Counted from the first letter of the stretch, positions 13,126 to 27,900 are shown. The stretch is DNA of 58,498 nt from Chiloscyllium plagiosum (GCF_004010195.1 NC_057718.1:84733730-84792227), one strand, 5' to 3'. Notes: generated from the sequence alone by a model not told the origin. Made by a program: numbers and translations.

Positions 13126-13608
13126 CATCTGCTTCAGGCTATTTTTATCTTTCTACCTTTTAAGAGTTTGATCTACGTTTAATAGTGCCATGTAACATCC
13201 ACTTCCTAGTCAAACCAAAAATAAAATGGATATGTTGTGACAAAAATGTTGTACCTTTACCTCTCAGCTTTTTTTAATGTGCTACTGTGTCTAAACCTTT
13301 TTATTAGCAATTGCAGATATGTGAGGTATTATAAGACACTAGTGTTCAATGTATCACATTGATGTAGGAAGTAATTGAAACAAAATATATTGAAAGTGAA
13401 TTTAAAAAGACATAGCATTCATAAAATGAATGTAGAGATGTGGTTTTTTATTCCTGTGCATATTTCTTGAAATCATTTGATATTAATGATCAGAATATAT
13501 AGTGGAGGGGAAAGTGAAATATTTTAAACAGACCAACCAGGAAAGGATGTCATAGGAGCCAGCATCCCAGCAATGAACACCATAATCATCATAACTGCAG
13601 AATGCTAC

Positions 13609-14012
13609 TGTTGTGGAAATTAAATCAACTCTATTCAAATGCTAGCAAGAGCAAAGAAAAAGCTTTATTGTAACCTCTGCAGGGGGCCCAATACAGTTGG
13701 CAAGATGCCGCATGTAAAGGACTGAACAACTTTCACATATTCTTTTTATACTACATTTCGCATATCCTTATCACACGCTCAAGGACAAGAACTGAGAACA
13801 TTCGGCTGTTGATATGATTGCTTATGTTTTCCCTGACTCTTACTAAATCTGACTGTTTTGCAAGACTTGCAAGGCCAAGCTGTCTGTTGCAGTATCCAGC
13901 AAAGCCAGGCTGTCTACTTAAAATTTTAGCAAAGTGTTAGTTTTAGCAAAGTGTTAGATTTAGCAAAGTATTCTCTTTCAGATTTCACAGTAAATGTTAA
14001 TTTTCCATTACA
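13609..14012 (-). mobile_element. Solo LTR (404 bp), retrovirus- or Gypsy-like
   Basis: TG...CA ends with inverted tgttgtggaaa / tttccattaca; 4-bp TSD CTAC; minus-strand TATAAAA and AATAAAGC; 17-bp tandem repeats. Confidence 0.8.
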
Positions 14013-15129
14013 CTACATATCAAGTTTCCTTTTACCATAAGTTTGAGAGTTTGAAATTGCTGTTTTGGCAGCACAGCATTGTGCAAATTAATTTGCAGAA
14101 CTGACAAACAGTACTGTACTAAGAGTAAAGGTTAAAGGATTATAATCTCCAAATCTTGTATTTTGTAGTTACTTTGTCTCAGCAATATCTTGTCCAATTT
14201 TAATTAAATTATTGTTCTGTTATCTACAGGTGGCCAGAATGACTTTAAAAAACAGCTGCTTGATTCTTGCTTCATAGTTCTTCACATGACAGACATCTTT
14301 TGTCACATCAGCATGTTTTCTGATTGGTCCTATTTTGTAGTGCCAGGCTGCAATATTGTTTCAAGCAGAGCTGATCTATTAATACTAGTATAATCTCACA
14401 AATAAAGGTAGTATGATCTGGTGTCCTGGGATTGCTTCCTTCTTTGCCCAATCATTGAGGCATTTGGAATCTAATCATGGTGTATCTTTACATACAAATT
14501 GATATGTAGCAAGTCCTTACAGTGATTAAGATCAAGGCTACTGTGCTTTAAGGAGAGCTAAAGAAATCACAATTAAAGCTAAATGACTCAACAAGCTACT
14601 TGGTAAGTTAATTGCTGCTTATTGACCTATGAAAAGCCAGGCCAGAAGCAAGTGGTAGTTCTAAAGAAAAGAACCATATCAGTAGATCTGCTGTTCAGCC
14701 GCATAAACATATTCAAAGCCTTCTGTTTGTTTCTTAGAGTTTAGTGAGAAAGATTAATGAGTTTGATTCGGTGGCTTTGTGCCTCAGAGAGAGACCAGAA
14801 CAGAGCCAATAACATTTTGATGAATGTACAGAAAAATCACTGAATAGAAATGCTTGCCAATTTGTCAGTTCAATAAGAAAGTTGAGATTGAAGATAGAGG
14901 TGATTCTTCACTGGGGTTGAGTGTACTTTTAGGATATTGTTGGGGAAGTATGGGTTGAATATTTTTCCTGTTTATGATGAGATCTTTTCAATATACCTTT
15001 TATATAAATAGCTATCTTAATTTCCCTTCTTTTAGAACCTTCACTGATTTTTTTTCATATTGTTATTCTTTTATCAGTTTTGGTTTGGAGCTACAAGTTG
15101 AGAACTGAGCTGAAAATGACCAGTCGACT

Positions 15130-15314
15130 GTGGGCAGCATGGAAGCAGACCCTTCAATCCAACATGTTGAGGCTAACCAGATATCCTAAATTAATCTAGT
15201 CCCATTTGCCAGCATTTGGCCCATATCCCTTTAAACCCTTCCTATTCATATACCAATCCAGATGCCTTTTAAATGTTGTAATTGTACCAGCCTCCACCAC
15301 TTCCTCTGGCAGCT
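15130..15314 (-). mobile_element. CR1 3'-end fragment
   Basis: ggcccatatccct..aaacccttcctattcata..cctccaccacttcctctggcagc. Confidence 0.85.
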
Positions 15315-17102
15315 TGTGATTTAAAAAAAACAGAAGAAGTAAGCTGTTGTTTGTTTGTGAGGCCCGACCAAGTTAATTGTGGATTAATCACAAGGTTCTA
15401 CAGATGATAGGGGAGAGCAGTTTGTTTAGGCAGATAGCCCATGCTGGTTGTTAACTAGGTCAATACCTGTGATTAGTTCCAGTAAGTCTGAGAGAGACCT
15501 TGTGCTCTACCAGATAGCAGATGTTAAATAGTAACTGGGACATCATGGGAAGGCAGTCAGTCTGACAGAGGCCAGAGTTTTCAATTGCTTTTTGGATTGT
15601 GTTAGTTGGAGAAAAAATTGGCTGTTGTTGTTGCAGCATGAAGATTTGAAAGCTCTCTGCCTAACCTTTAGTTATCAGCTATTAGTAGTTCGGAGAATAG
15701 AAGCTAAGTCATGAGTATTACCACTTGGAGTCGTGTTGCAATGATAACAACCTCTCTCTCAATGTCGGGAAAACAAAAGAACTGACCATTGACTTCAGGA
15801 AGAAAGGAGGAGGTCGCATCTCTAACTACATCGAGAGTGCAGAGGATGGAAAGTGTCAAGTTCCTAGGAGTGACAATAACAGGCAATCTGTCCTGGACCT
15901 CCTATGTAGATGCAATGGTCAAGACTACACAGCAATGCCTCTTCTTTGTCAGGTGGCTTAGGAAATTTGGCATTCCATAACAACCCTTGTCAACTTTCAC
16001 AGATGCACCACAGAAAGTATTCTATTTGGGTGCATAATGGCATGATAAGGCAACTCTCTGCCCAGGACCTAAGAAACCACAAAGTTGTATGCACAAGCCC
16101 AGACCATCACAGAAGCCAACTTCCCATCCATGGACTCCACTTACACTTCTCACTACCACAGAAAGGCTGCCAACATCATCAAAGACCTCTCCCACCCCAG
16201 TAATGCTCTCTTTAAACCTTTAGGCAGAAGATGCAGAAGCTTGGACACATGCACCAAAAGATTCAAGAACAGCTTCTTCCCGGCTGTTATTAGACTTCTG
16301 AATAGATCTCTCTAATATAAAATAATGCCATTCTTGCTAATATTGATCTCGCTTTGCGCACCTCCTGTGCAGCCATAGCTTTGTATACCTCGCTCTATCT
16401 AAGCACACTATTATCTGCATGTCGTTGCTTGCTATGATCTGGCTGTACCGCTCGCAAAACAAAGCTTTTCACTATACTTGGGTACATGTAACTACCATAA
16501 ATCAAATCAAATTAAGTTCCTGTGAGTGAGCTGAAAAGCTGATCAACATCAAGAAACAATAGTCAATGTTTTTGGAACAACACATTGTGAAAAATCACTT
16601 AAGTAATCTGGCCAATTTTGTCAATTTCTTTTATTTATTACTTAGTCGTGTCTGTTTTTTTTTGTGTGATTGGGTTGAAAACTAATGTTATTGGGTTTAA
16701 ACATACATATCATTTAGAGTACTTTGTTGTTTAATGTTGTTCTACTGAAGTTACTGCATTGCTAAATCTTTTGTTTAAGGTACAAACCAGTGTCGAGAAT
16801 TGGTTATCCAAAAATGTCTGGTTCGGAACTATTGGGTTTAATTTTGAGGGTCTTCAAAAGCTTTAATTTTAACCATGGTGTGAATACAGAGGTAGAAAGG
16901 CTAACTTAGTTTGGCTTTCTTTGTATTGTAATACTTTTGTGTAATAAATTTACTTTCATTTTTCAAAATATGTTAGCAGCCTTGTGAGAGCTTATCCAGT
17001 GGCTGACCACCACAGTAGCCAATTTGCAAAAGTAAAAGTTGTGAAGTTAGGTTTCATGTCTGAAATCTAATTTATCCATTGCCATCAACTGGGATCATAA
17101 CA
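15315..17102. mobile_element. Probable LTR-like element interrupted by Rex1
   Basis: Ends in ctgggatcataaca, the reverse complement of the terminus at 52170; no TSD found. Confidence 0.4.
15706..16512 (+). mobile_element. Rex1/Babar-type LINE 3' part
   Basis: NNLSLNVGKTKELTIDFRK, VKFLGVTITGNLSW, RFKNSFFPAVIRLLN; (aaatc)n tail. Confidence 0.85.
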
Positions 17103-17808
17103 TTGGGGATTTGAGTTGTTTAACTAGTGTTACTTTGTGTGTAGATTTAGCACTGAATTAGGATGGAGAGCTTGCTGTTTTTTGAGTTTTTATTTTGTTT
17201 GTAAAGAAACTAAATTATTTTCCTTCTGCAAGCAGACTCATTTTTGTTTCACTCTTGTCTACTTTAATAAGGCAGGTTTGGAATAGGAATCAAAATGCTA
17301 TCTTTTTAAAGTTGTGTGTAATGAAATATCAGCAGTGTTGAATAGTTTTAAGATATTGCCAAAGATTTGCTGAAAAAGCGCTTTGAAAATTCCTCACCCT
17401 TGCTTACCCCTTCCTAAGAAACATTTATTTTTGTATAATCAATGTTGGTGCAGATACAGCATCTTCAGTGTATTTTATTCTGATTGTGGTTTTAGTCTGT
17501 TCCATGGCCTTTAAAGTTTTAAATCTGAAGTCTAAACATATCATTAGAACTGTTGGCTTGGAAGTTTTTTGGATCTCCTCCCACTTCGATGCAAGTAATT
17601 TTGAAATCACAGATCCAAAGAATTTCCTGTTCTACCTGGTAACCTGGTCTTCCCACACACTCATATCCCTGTTTGGAAAACTGTTATTTGTTTTCTAGAA
17701 AAAAAAAATCTTTGATTTACGATGGCTGTCGTTCTTGTGTTATTCCTTTTACTCAGTGGAATATAATTCTGACACTTGTCGTCTTTTAAACTCTCGTCAA
17801 CTCTTTAA

Positions 17809-18069
<261 letters not shown>

Positions 18070-18453
18070 TAAGTATGTGCACATGTTGCCACATGTTCCT
18101 ACAGCTGCTGAGAGTGTAATGAAACCTTTATGACTTGCATGTAAAATCCAACTTCACAGTATAAATTTCTTAGAACAGAGGTGCTCTATGCTTGCGGTAT
18201 GAAAGGAGAGGTATAGAGTTGTAGAATCCATGAGCACAGAAGGAGAGTTTTGATCCATCATCTTTAAAACATCAAGCTTCCCACTCTGTGTTCATCATAC
18301 CAGTTGAAGTACTTCCTTTTTATGTATAGAGATCAGTTTTGTTTCAATCCCAATTTCTACTGAATGTGCTGTCTGCCATCTTTCAGGTAGTCTAAACAAG
18401 ATTGTAACAAATGCAAGTTTTCAAAAAAAAACATTTCCCCTCTAGTTTTTTTT

Positions 18454-18790
18454 AATTCATTCATGAGATGAGGGTGTTGCAGGCTAGACCAGCATTTATT
18501 GCCCATCCTTAAATGCCCACAGGGCAGTTAGAGTTATCCACATTGCTCTGGTCTGGAGTCACACATAGGTAGGGATGGTAATTTCCTTCCCTAAAGGACA
18601 TTAGTGACCCACATGGTTTTTTCTGACAATTGACAATGGATTCATGGTCATCATTAGACTCTTTAATTCCAGATATTAATGAAATCAAATTCCACCATCT
18701 GCTGTGGTGGGGTTTGAACCCAGGTTCCCAGAACATTACCAGAGCCTGTGGATTAACAGTCCAGCAATAATACCACTAGGCCTTTGCCTC
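18454..18790 (-). mobile_element. tRNA-derived SINE sharing its tail with the LINE at 48150-50830
   Basis: Minus strand A box ggcctagtgg, B box ggttcaaacc, tail gggcaataaatgctgg; partial copies near 24230-24440 (-), 47575-47725 (+) and 54820-55205 (+). Confidence 0.75.
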
Positions 18791-18864
18791 AGTTATCTTA
18801 AATCTATGCCATCTGGTTACAGATTCTCCTTTCAGAGGAGACCATTTCTCCTCATTTACAAACA

Positions 18865-19740
18865 CTTCTTTGGCACTCACTCAGGGTCAAGGGTGATGCT
18901 TCCATTGTGGTGGTTGAACAGTTCAATCATTGAACCTCAGACACTGCCACGGGTGGGAGGATGGGATGTTATGGATTCTGCATGCCGTTTCTGCTTGGTT
19001 TCTACTCAGTGACGCTTGAAGTAGTTGGTGCCTTCATGGATATTTCTTCGCCTGTTTGTGTGTTCTAGGGCAACTGAACTCCCATGTGTTAGTGGGAGTA
19101 TTACATTTGTTTAGGGAGGCTTTCAGGATGCCAGTGTAGCGTTTCCTCTGCGGTCTGACTGATCGCTTACCATTGCGGAGCTTAAAGTTGAGAAATTGTT
19201 GAGAGTCCTGTGTTGGGCACGTGGGCAGTGTGGCTCACCATCACAGCTGGCCGTGTGTGACCAGTGCCAGGATATTGGCCTGGGAGAGGACACTCACGTT
19301 GGTATATCTATCCTGTCAGTGGATTTGTGGGACTTTGTAAGACAGCTCGAGTGATAACCCTCCAGGAATTTGATGTGAATGTTGTACGTGGTCAATGTTT
19401 CTGATGCGTACAGGAGGGTGTGGGAGCTGCTCTGCAGACCATGAGCTTGGATTTGAGGTCTCAGACTTTAAGTATATTCTGTTCCTCAGACATCTGAAGG
19501 CTGCACTGGCACATTAGAGATAATGACAGATTTCATCATCAGCGTCTGTCCGTACCAAGAGGGAAGAAGCTTCCGTGGTATAGGAAATGACCTACATTGT
19601 CCACGGGCTCATGTGGATTTTGGTGATCGAATAGTTGTGTGGCAGGAGCAGGCTGGTAGAGAATCTTTTGTTTTCCAGATGTTTAGTCTGAGGCCCATTT
19701 CTCTCATGCACCTCCACGAATGTCACTGTGCATGCTGGGT
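18865..19740 (-). mobile_element. RTE-clade LINE fragment, degenerate
   Basis: Minus strand remnant resembling KLMVxRAxxxxTLLYASETxT at about 19385-19460. Confidence 0.65.
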
Positions 19741-20537
19741 TTTAATGTACATAAAGATTTAAGGAACAACATGCAGAATCATTAAAAGCTAGTTGGCTAA
19801 TTGACAAAAGAAAAATTAGAGGGTCAGTAGGATATTGACAGTTATCTCAAAAGGTTACATTACAGCTGTACAGAACTCTGATTAGAGCCCCCACTAGGAG
19901 TACTACATTCAGTTCTGGATATAACACTTAATTATCAGAATGAAGCCCTCACTAAGAAAGTTAAATAATGAGAATATTTATGTTTAGACGCAATTTAGAT
20001 TCTCTTGAAGATAGAAACCTAAGGGGTGATCTAATTGAAGTGTTTAACATGAATAAACAATTGATTGGGACTGAAACTATGTTGTAGGAAAAGGATAGGT
20101 CCATAACACTGGTCTATAACTGTAGCATTTGAGTTAGGCTGATGTCAGGAAGCAAATTTTTAACATACAAACCAGTGTGAGCTCTCTTCTGTTAAAAACT
20201 GTTTGATTACTCGAAAGGTTCAGACCTGAGATTATACTTATTTTAAAATAAGGAATTAAGGGTTATAGCAGCAAAGTATGAGGAGATTCAGTTAAGCCAG
20301 GCTCGAGGGGTCTAATGCCTCCTATTGTTCACACAAGGGCACCAAATACCCTCCTCCACTTGTTCAAACAGCCACCATTCGACAGCACACACACGAGTGA
20401 CTTCGTGCAATTTAAACTAATTGACATTGATATTTTTGATCAATAAATGACTCCATTGTCACTATATTGTGCAATTACCAGGATGACAAAGGCAATGTGC
20501 TGCATTCACCACATGCTGTGTCTCAAATTATTTCTGT

Positions 20538-21150
20538 CATAGAGTCATAGAGATGTACAGCGCAGAAACAGACCCTTTGGTCCAACTTGTCCATGCCGAC
20601 CAGATATCTCAACCCCATCCAGTCCCAACTACCAGCACCCGGCCCATATCCCTCCAAACCCTTCCTATTCATATAGCCATTCAGATGCCTTTTAAATGTT
20701 GCAAATGTACCAGCCTCCACCACTTCCTCTGGCAGCTCATCCCACATACGCACCACCCCCCTGCGTGAAAAAGTTGCCCTTGGGTCTCTTTTATATCTTT
20801 CCCCTCTCTCCCTAAACCTATGCTCTCTAGTTCTGAACTCCTCCACCACAGGGAAGAGACTTTGTCTATTTATCCTATCCATGCCCCTCATGATTTTATA
20901 AACTTCTCTAAAGTCACCCCCCCCCCCACCCCGATGCTCCAGGGAAAACAGCCCCAGCCTATTCAACCTCTCCCTATAGCTCAAATCCTCCAACCCTGGC
21001 AACATCCTTGTAAATCATTTCTGAACCCTTTAAAGTTTCACAACATCCGATAGAAAGGAGACAGATTTGCATGCAATATTCCAAAAGTGGCCTAACCACT
21101 GTCCTGTACAGCTGCAACATGACCTCCCAACTCCTGTGCTCAATACTCTG
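20538..21150 (-). mobile_element. CR1 (HER1-like) LINE 3' part
   Basis: ORF MLPGLEDLSYRERLNRLGLFSLE...; ctctatgact tail. Confidence 0.92.
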
Positions 21151-21604
21151 TCCTGATTCCGAAAGGGTTTATTTCAGAAAATAACATTAAGGCAGTCAGC
21201 AGAGAGACTGATTTTTGTTGAGGGATGGAGGTAAAATACCTGCACAGGGTAAAGAAAGATCAGTTAATGTTTGATCCAGAGACATGCTGTTGAGATGTTA
21301 GGAAGGAATGAGAAGGGATCCTGTTGTGACATTTAAAAATAAAGAAAACGATTCAATATTTAGAAGTTCCAAACTTGTGGAAACAAGGTATCCATTGGTG
21401 AGTGTTGACACACGACCATATATCAAATCATGCTGCTGGTAATAACTCGCTCTTATGATTATGTGCTTAGTGCCATTCTGTAGATCACTGGTCTAAGACA
21501 AGAAAACAAGGACAGAATCTGATCATTTCTGTATATAGTGATGTCAGTAGTTCATTGATCATTATATTCTTCCAAGAAGTAACTGATACTATTGAAAATT
21601 TTAG

Positions 21605-21701
21605 GTAAATTTTGAGGACTTTAAAGAAGGATTTGTTGCTGTGTTATCTACCACTTTTGACCTCGGTAACTCAGAAGATGAGAGCAGTTATTTAGACCCA
21701 G
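21605..21701 (+). CDS. NINL: NINL coding exon 2
   Basis: VNFEDFKEGFVAVLSTTFDLGNSEDESSYLDP; ttag acceptor, GTAATT donor at 21702; 97 nt, phase 0 to 1. Confidence 0.95.
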
Positions 21702-21849
21702 GTAATTATACCTCCATTACATTTGTTTTAATTTAATTTACCTCAAGATAATACTGGATCTGTTTTTCCATCATTTAATATAGAGAAATCTTGTAATAAT
21801 TTGTTGGTGTAGCATGCATAAATGTCTGAAAACTGAACACCTATGAAGA

Positions 21850-24145
21850 TAAAGTATAGGAGAAGACCGAACTCCTCCATTCAGGGCGATCATGGCTGAT
21901 GTTGGCTTAAACTCCACTTTCCCACCTACTCACACTGATTCCTTAAGAAGTGAAAAATCTGACTACCTTGGCCTTAAATATATCCAAGGATAGTGCATTC
22001 AGAACTCTGATGTCAAGACAATCAAAGATTCAGAGCACTTTTGAGTGAAGAAATTCTCCTGGTCTCAGTCCTGAATGATTAGACTCCTTACCCTTGTTCT
22101 AGATACCTCAGCCAGGAGACAATAATATCTCCGTACTTAAGACAGCAGGAATTCATCCAAAGGAAAAATAAAGATACGAAGGGGAGGATGAGGCAACTGT
22201 GGCTGACGAAGGCTGTCAGGGACAGCACAAAACATGAAGAAGGTTAGTCGGAAGACAGAGGATTGGGAAGCCTTTTTAAAAACCAGTAGAGGACAAAGTA
22301 ATAAGGGGAAGGAAGATGAAATATGAGGATAAACTAGTTAGTAATACAAAATAAGATTGCAAGAATTTTTGTTTTAGATATATAAAGGGTAAAAGAGAGG
22401 CAGGAGTGGATATTGTTACCAATTAATACATCTTCATCAACAGTCCAAAGAAATGGAGAAGAGCTGAATGGGTACTTTGCATCGTTCTTCATGGTGGAAG
22501 ACATCAGTATGATACCTGAACTTAGAGAGTTAGGGGACAGAGATGAGTGTTGTGGCCACCAGTAAGAGAAGGAGCTGGAAAAACTGAAAGATCCGAAGGT
22601 GGATGAATCTCCCAGACTAGATGGACTACACTGCAGACTTCTGAAGGAGATAGCTGAGGAGATTGTGCAGGCATTGGTGGTGATCTTTCTGGAATCACTG
22701 GAGTCGGGGAGAGTCCCAGAGGACTGGAAAATAGCTGATGCTACATTTCTGCTGAAGAAAGGAGGGAGGTAGAAGATGGGAAACTATAGGCCGAATACCT
22801 TGCCCTCAGTCATTATTAAGATTTTAGAGTCTATTATAAAGGATGAGGTGCAGAGTATTTAGAAGTGTGTGGTAAAATAGGGCTGAGTCAGCATAACTTC
22901 ATCAAAAGAAAGTCATGCCTGACAAATCTGTTAGAATTTTTTGAAGAGGTAACAAGCAAGTTAGGCAAAGGAGAGCAAGTAGATGTAATCTTTTTGGATT
23001 TTCCAGAAGGCCTTTAACAAGTTTCCACACAGGAGGCTGCTAAATAAGATAAGAGCCCATAGTCTTCGGGACAAGATACTGGCATGGATAGGGGATTGGC
23101 TGACTGGCAGAAGGCAGACAGTAGGGATAAAAATGTCTTTATAGGATGGCAGCCAGTGACTAGTTGAATTCCAGAGGGCTCAGTGTTGGGATCGTAACGT
23201 TTGCGTTCTATATTAACAATATGGACAAAGGAACTGAGGGCATTGTTGCTAAGTTTGTGGATGATGCAAATATATGTGGAGGGACCAGTAGTGATGAGGA
23301 AGCGGGCAGGCTGCAGAAGGACTTGGACAGGCTAGAACAGTGGTCAAGAAGCGACAGATGGAATGCAATGTGGGAAAGTGAGAGGTTTGGTAGGAAGAAT
23401 AGAAGCATAGACTATTTTCTAAATGGGGAAAGATTACAGAAATCTGAAGCACAAAGTAACTTAGGAGTCCCAGCTCAGAATTCTCTTAAGGTTGACATGC
23501 AGGTTCAGTTGGTTGTTGGGAAGGCAAGTGCAATGTTAGCATTGTTTTTGAGAGGGCTAGGAAACAAGAGCAGAGATGTACTGCTGGAGGCTGTATTAGT
23601 TGCTGATCAGGCTGCTTTCAGAATATTGTGAGCAGTTTTGGATCCCATTTATAGGGAAGGATGTGCTGGCCTTGGAGAGGGCCTAGAGGAGGCTTGCAAG
23701 AATGATCCTGGGGATGAAGGGCTTTTTAATATGAGGAGAGGTTGAGGACTTTGGGTCTGTCTCATTGGAGTTTAGAAGGAAGAGGGGGTATCTCATTGAA
23801 TCTCTCAGAATACTGACAGGACAGAATAGAGTTGACATTGGGAAGATGTTTCCACTAGTTGGAGAGAATAGGACCTAAGGATACCGCTCAGTGAAGGGAT
23901 GACCTTTAGAACTGAGAAGAGGAGGAATTTCTTCAGCTAGAAGGTGGCGAATCTGTGGAACCCGTTGCCGAAAAGTGCTGTGGGGTCCAAGTCATTAGGT
24001 GTCTTTAAGTTAGATAGGTAAATTCTTGAATGGTTTGGGGATCAAGAGTTCTGGAAAAAGCAGGAGAATGGGGTTGAGAAACATATCAGCCATGATTGAC
24101 TGGTGGGGCAAACTTAATGGACTGAATGGCCTCTTATGTCTTATG
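21850..24145 (+). mobile_element. CR1 LINE ORF2 remnant (about 22150-24145) preceded by an inverted 3'-end piece
   Basis: KFVDDANICG, LQKDLDRLEQW and other decayed RT motifs with many stops. Confidence 0.85.
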
Positions 24146-24644
24146 GGCTCACATTCTTCTAAAGTCCAAAGAATATTGATCCACTTTACTTCGCCTCTCA
24201 AAATAAAATCTGCTTTTCCATTTTTTTATGTATACATTCATGGGATGAGGGTGTCACTGGCCAGGTTGGCATTTATTGTCCATCCTTAATTGCTCAGAGG
24301 TCAGTAAAGAGTCAACCACATTTGCTGTGACTCTGGAGTCACATGTAGGCCAGGCCAGGTAAGGTTGACATTTTCCTTCCCTAAAGGATATCAGTTAACC
24401 AAATGGGATTTTCCAACAATCAACAATGGATTCATGGTCATCTTACAAAGAATTGAATAAGTTCTCACTTCCTCTCATTGTACTCCATCTGTCACTTTGT
24501 TGCAAATTCATTACCTGTTACCTGTTCATGATCTGTTGACACCTTTACAGCTTGTCTACCCAGCTAACTTTCAAACTTTCAGCAAATGTAGGTATATTAC
24601 TCTCTGCCTCTTCATCCAAGACTTGAATGTAAATTAGAAACTGT

Positions 24645-24736
24645 GGCGGCACGGTGGCTCAGTGGTTAGCACTGCTGCCTCACAGCAGCAGGGACCCGGG
24701 TTTGATTCCGGCCTCGGGCAACTGTTTGTGTGGAGT
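24645..24736 (+). mobile_element. HE1-type SINE 5' fragment
   Basis: ggcacggtggctcagtggttagcactgctgcctcacagc. Confidence 0.85.
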
Positions 24737-24981
24737 AACACAGTAAGGAGACAGAACGAAAATGGATTGTTAAGGGCAAAGACTGGAGATGCTCTCTTTT
24801 GATGTTTCCTTCCTCATCATCATGAAAACCACCACTGGTGGTGAAACAAATTGGAGAAATGTCCATTCAGTGAGACTTGACAATTCTACAAATTTTGCAT
24901 TTGCTAGGGGTGCAAGACATTAACTAAACAGCCATAATCTTGGGTTCAACTTTAACAACTGAAGGGCTCTAAAAAGGTTTT

Positions 24982-27900
24982 TGTAGTGATTGTAATGAGG
25001 TTAGCTAGGTGTAACTCATAAAATGAGTTCCCTGATTGGGGCTGTTAGGAGTGTCAGAAATTTTAGCACTCTGATAGCTGACTCTGAAGAGGCAGTCAAG
25101 GACTTTTCATATGTAAATAAAGGGTGACTTGGTGACTGAATACTGGTCCCTGGAGTTATTTCAGTGGTGGTGAGAGTAAGACATGTTCCTGAAGAAACTC
25201 TCTTTCAACAGTCATCTTTGTGTTCGGATAAGCATTTCTTACATCATGCCTTTGTTTTAGAAGCTTGACTCTTCCAATCCTGCCATTGAAGACTGAGCTG
25301 ACTATGTGGAAAGAATACGTTTTGGTTTCTAGGCAAATGACGTTGTGGCAGATGAAAAGCAACAAGTAATTTTCCTGACAACCTGTGGAGCTACAGCCTT
25401 TTCTGTTATCGGGAGCCTAATTTTCCCAGAGACACAAGATACTAAAACCTTCCAAGAATTGACAGACATAGTTAAGGAATATTATGACCTCAAGCTGCCT
25501 CTAATTCTGAGATGCTATTTGTTTTACTCAGCATTTTGAGAACCAGGGAATCCGTATCAGGACTTTTGACTAGGTTAAAATGACTGGCAGGAACATATCA
25601 CTGTGGTTTAATCCTTAATGAAATGCTTAAGAGACCATTTGGGATGTGGATTAATGATGTAACTATGCAAAATTGCCTACTAGCTAAAGCCCAACTGAAC
25701 TTCAAATAGGCACCACAAAAGATGTTCTCATTGGAAAATACAGCAAGTATTTGCAGGGTTGCAGGGTTTTCTGATTGAAGGGGGTACCTTTGCAAGTCCA
25801 AATGAGCTTGGGAAGCATCATTTGAGTGTAGGCAATTACATAACCTCACTCAGAATATATCCTGAACAGAAGGACTCTAGGTTGGCCCACAGCAAAAACC
25901 CCAAAACAATGCCCAAGCCTCGGGAATTAAAATTTTCTTCAGGATCCAGGCTGGCAAGCTATTGTAGTTGCTGTCAGCATGTAGACTCGAGACAGCAAAA
26001 GAATCCCACTAAATTAAGTAAAATGACTCATAAACTGGTATCCAAGCGAAGTCATGCCCTGGAAAGTCCACCAACATCTGTTTTGTAACAATTAAATTAC
26101 TTAGCAACATCCAAATCAGAGCCAATCAAAGTAAATGTCTGGCTAAATGGTCATCCAGCTCTAATAGAGGTCAATACTGGCATGCTGATTCAGTGATTGC
26201 AGAACCGTTCTTTAACAAAATTTGTCTGGACTTCAGCCCTTAGGTTTGTGCAAGACCTCAGCTAGGCTGAGAACCTATATCAGGGAACCTTTACAGATTA
26301 AGGGTACAATTTCAGATCTGGTTTCTTAAGAGAAGCAACTAGTTCAGTTACCAGTGACTGTAGTAAAAGACTTAGGCCCAAGTTTGATAAAGCGAAATTG
26401 GTTGTGAGAGATTCACCTGGATTGGTTCAATGTTTTTCAATGTAAAAATGGCTGCCTGGGCTATGACTCTATATATTCTGAAGTCTTCCAGAAAGGTCTA
26501 GGGACTATCAGAAGAGCCAAGGCCGCCCTGTTGACCAGGAAGTAATTCCACAATTCTGCAAGGCCCTTCCACTGCCATTTTGCCTTACAGGCAAAAGTGG
26601 AGGCAGAAATCAAAAGGCTGGAAAGCAAAGGAATCATCAAACCAGTACAGTTTACAAAATGGGTAGCACCGATTGTGAAGCCTGATTGATGGAGAGTTCA
26701 CCTTTGTGGGATTATAAACCAATGCTATACTGCTTTTTACAGATGGATGAGTACTCAATCCCTCACATAGAGGATTTATATGCAAAGCTGGCAGATGGGA
26801 CTATCCTTCATGAAGCTGGACATGAGCCATGCGTACTTGCAATTGTAGTTAGATGACGATTCCCAGAAGTAAGCTACAATTAATACCCATAAAGGCTTGT
26901 ACCAATATCCGAGGCTGCCATTTGGGAAATTGTCAAGCTGTGCAGTTTTTCAGCGGATGATGGAGAACGTTTTGCAAGGGCTACCTCAGGTCACCATTTA
27001 TCTAATCATGTTCAAATAACAGGGAAAGCAAAAAAGGGACAAGGACATTGTCCTAAGGCATTTTTCCAAGGCTGGCATAGAAGGGAAAATTGTGTGTTCC
27101 AGGCACCCCAGGCTAACAGAGTAGACAAGACTGGATTATTCCCATTGAAAGATAAAGTGAGAGCGATCAAAGATGCCCCAGGTCCCACGTTAAAGCTTTG
27201 GTCTTTCCTTGGGCTGATTTAATTATTATGGAAAGTTCATACATAATCTGGCCTCCATCCTGGCATCTTTGCCTCAACCCTTTAAAAAAGGATCAGCCTT
27301 GGAAATAGCTGCATAAACAAGCCTTAGCTTTCAGTGAAGTAAAGAAACAACTTTCAGCCTCTAAGGTCTCGGCACACTATGATTCCAAGAAAGACTGGTA
27401 TTGACATGTGACGTCTCCTTGTACATCAGTGCAGTGTTAGCTTGGTCTGCTTAATGCCCTGGTCTCAGAGAGGACATGGCAGTGCCACCCATAGCTTTGG
27501 GCCACGTTTAGCAGTGGGCTTTGATACGGAGTTCTTATAATTACAAGTTAGCACACTGAGAGGCCTAGTAGAGAATACGGATGCATTGAGCCACCTCCCA
27601 TTAGCAGATACACCATTGGTGTTGCCCACAATAGAAGAGTCTGTAATGGTTTTAAATTTTCTGGACATACTCCCAGTCATAGCTGACAATATGAGATGCA
27701 GAAATATCCAGTCCTGTCAAACTGAAATAGCTTGTGGTGATGGGGGCCATCACAACTAAAATTAAATGTTTTTGGACCCAGAGAGACCAGTTCACAGTAA
27801 AGGATGACATATTGTTATGGGGAGTGAGAGTGATCGTCCTGAACAAAGGTTGCCGTCAAATACTGGCTGAACTCTGTCAGGGCCATCTGAGGTGTCCAAA

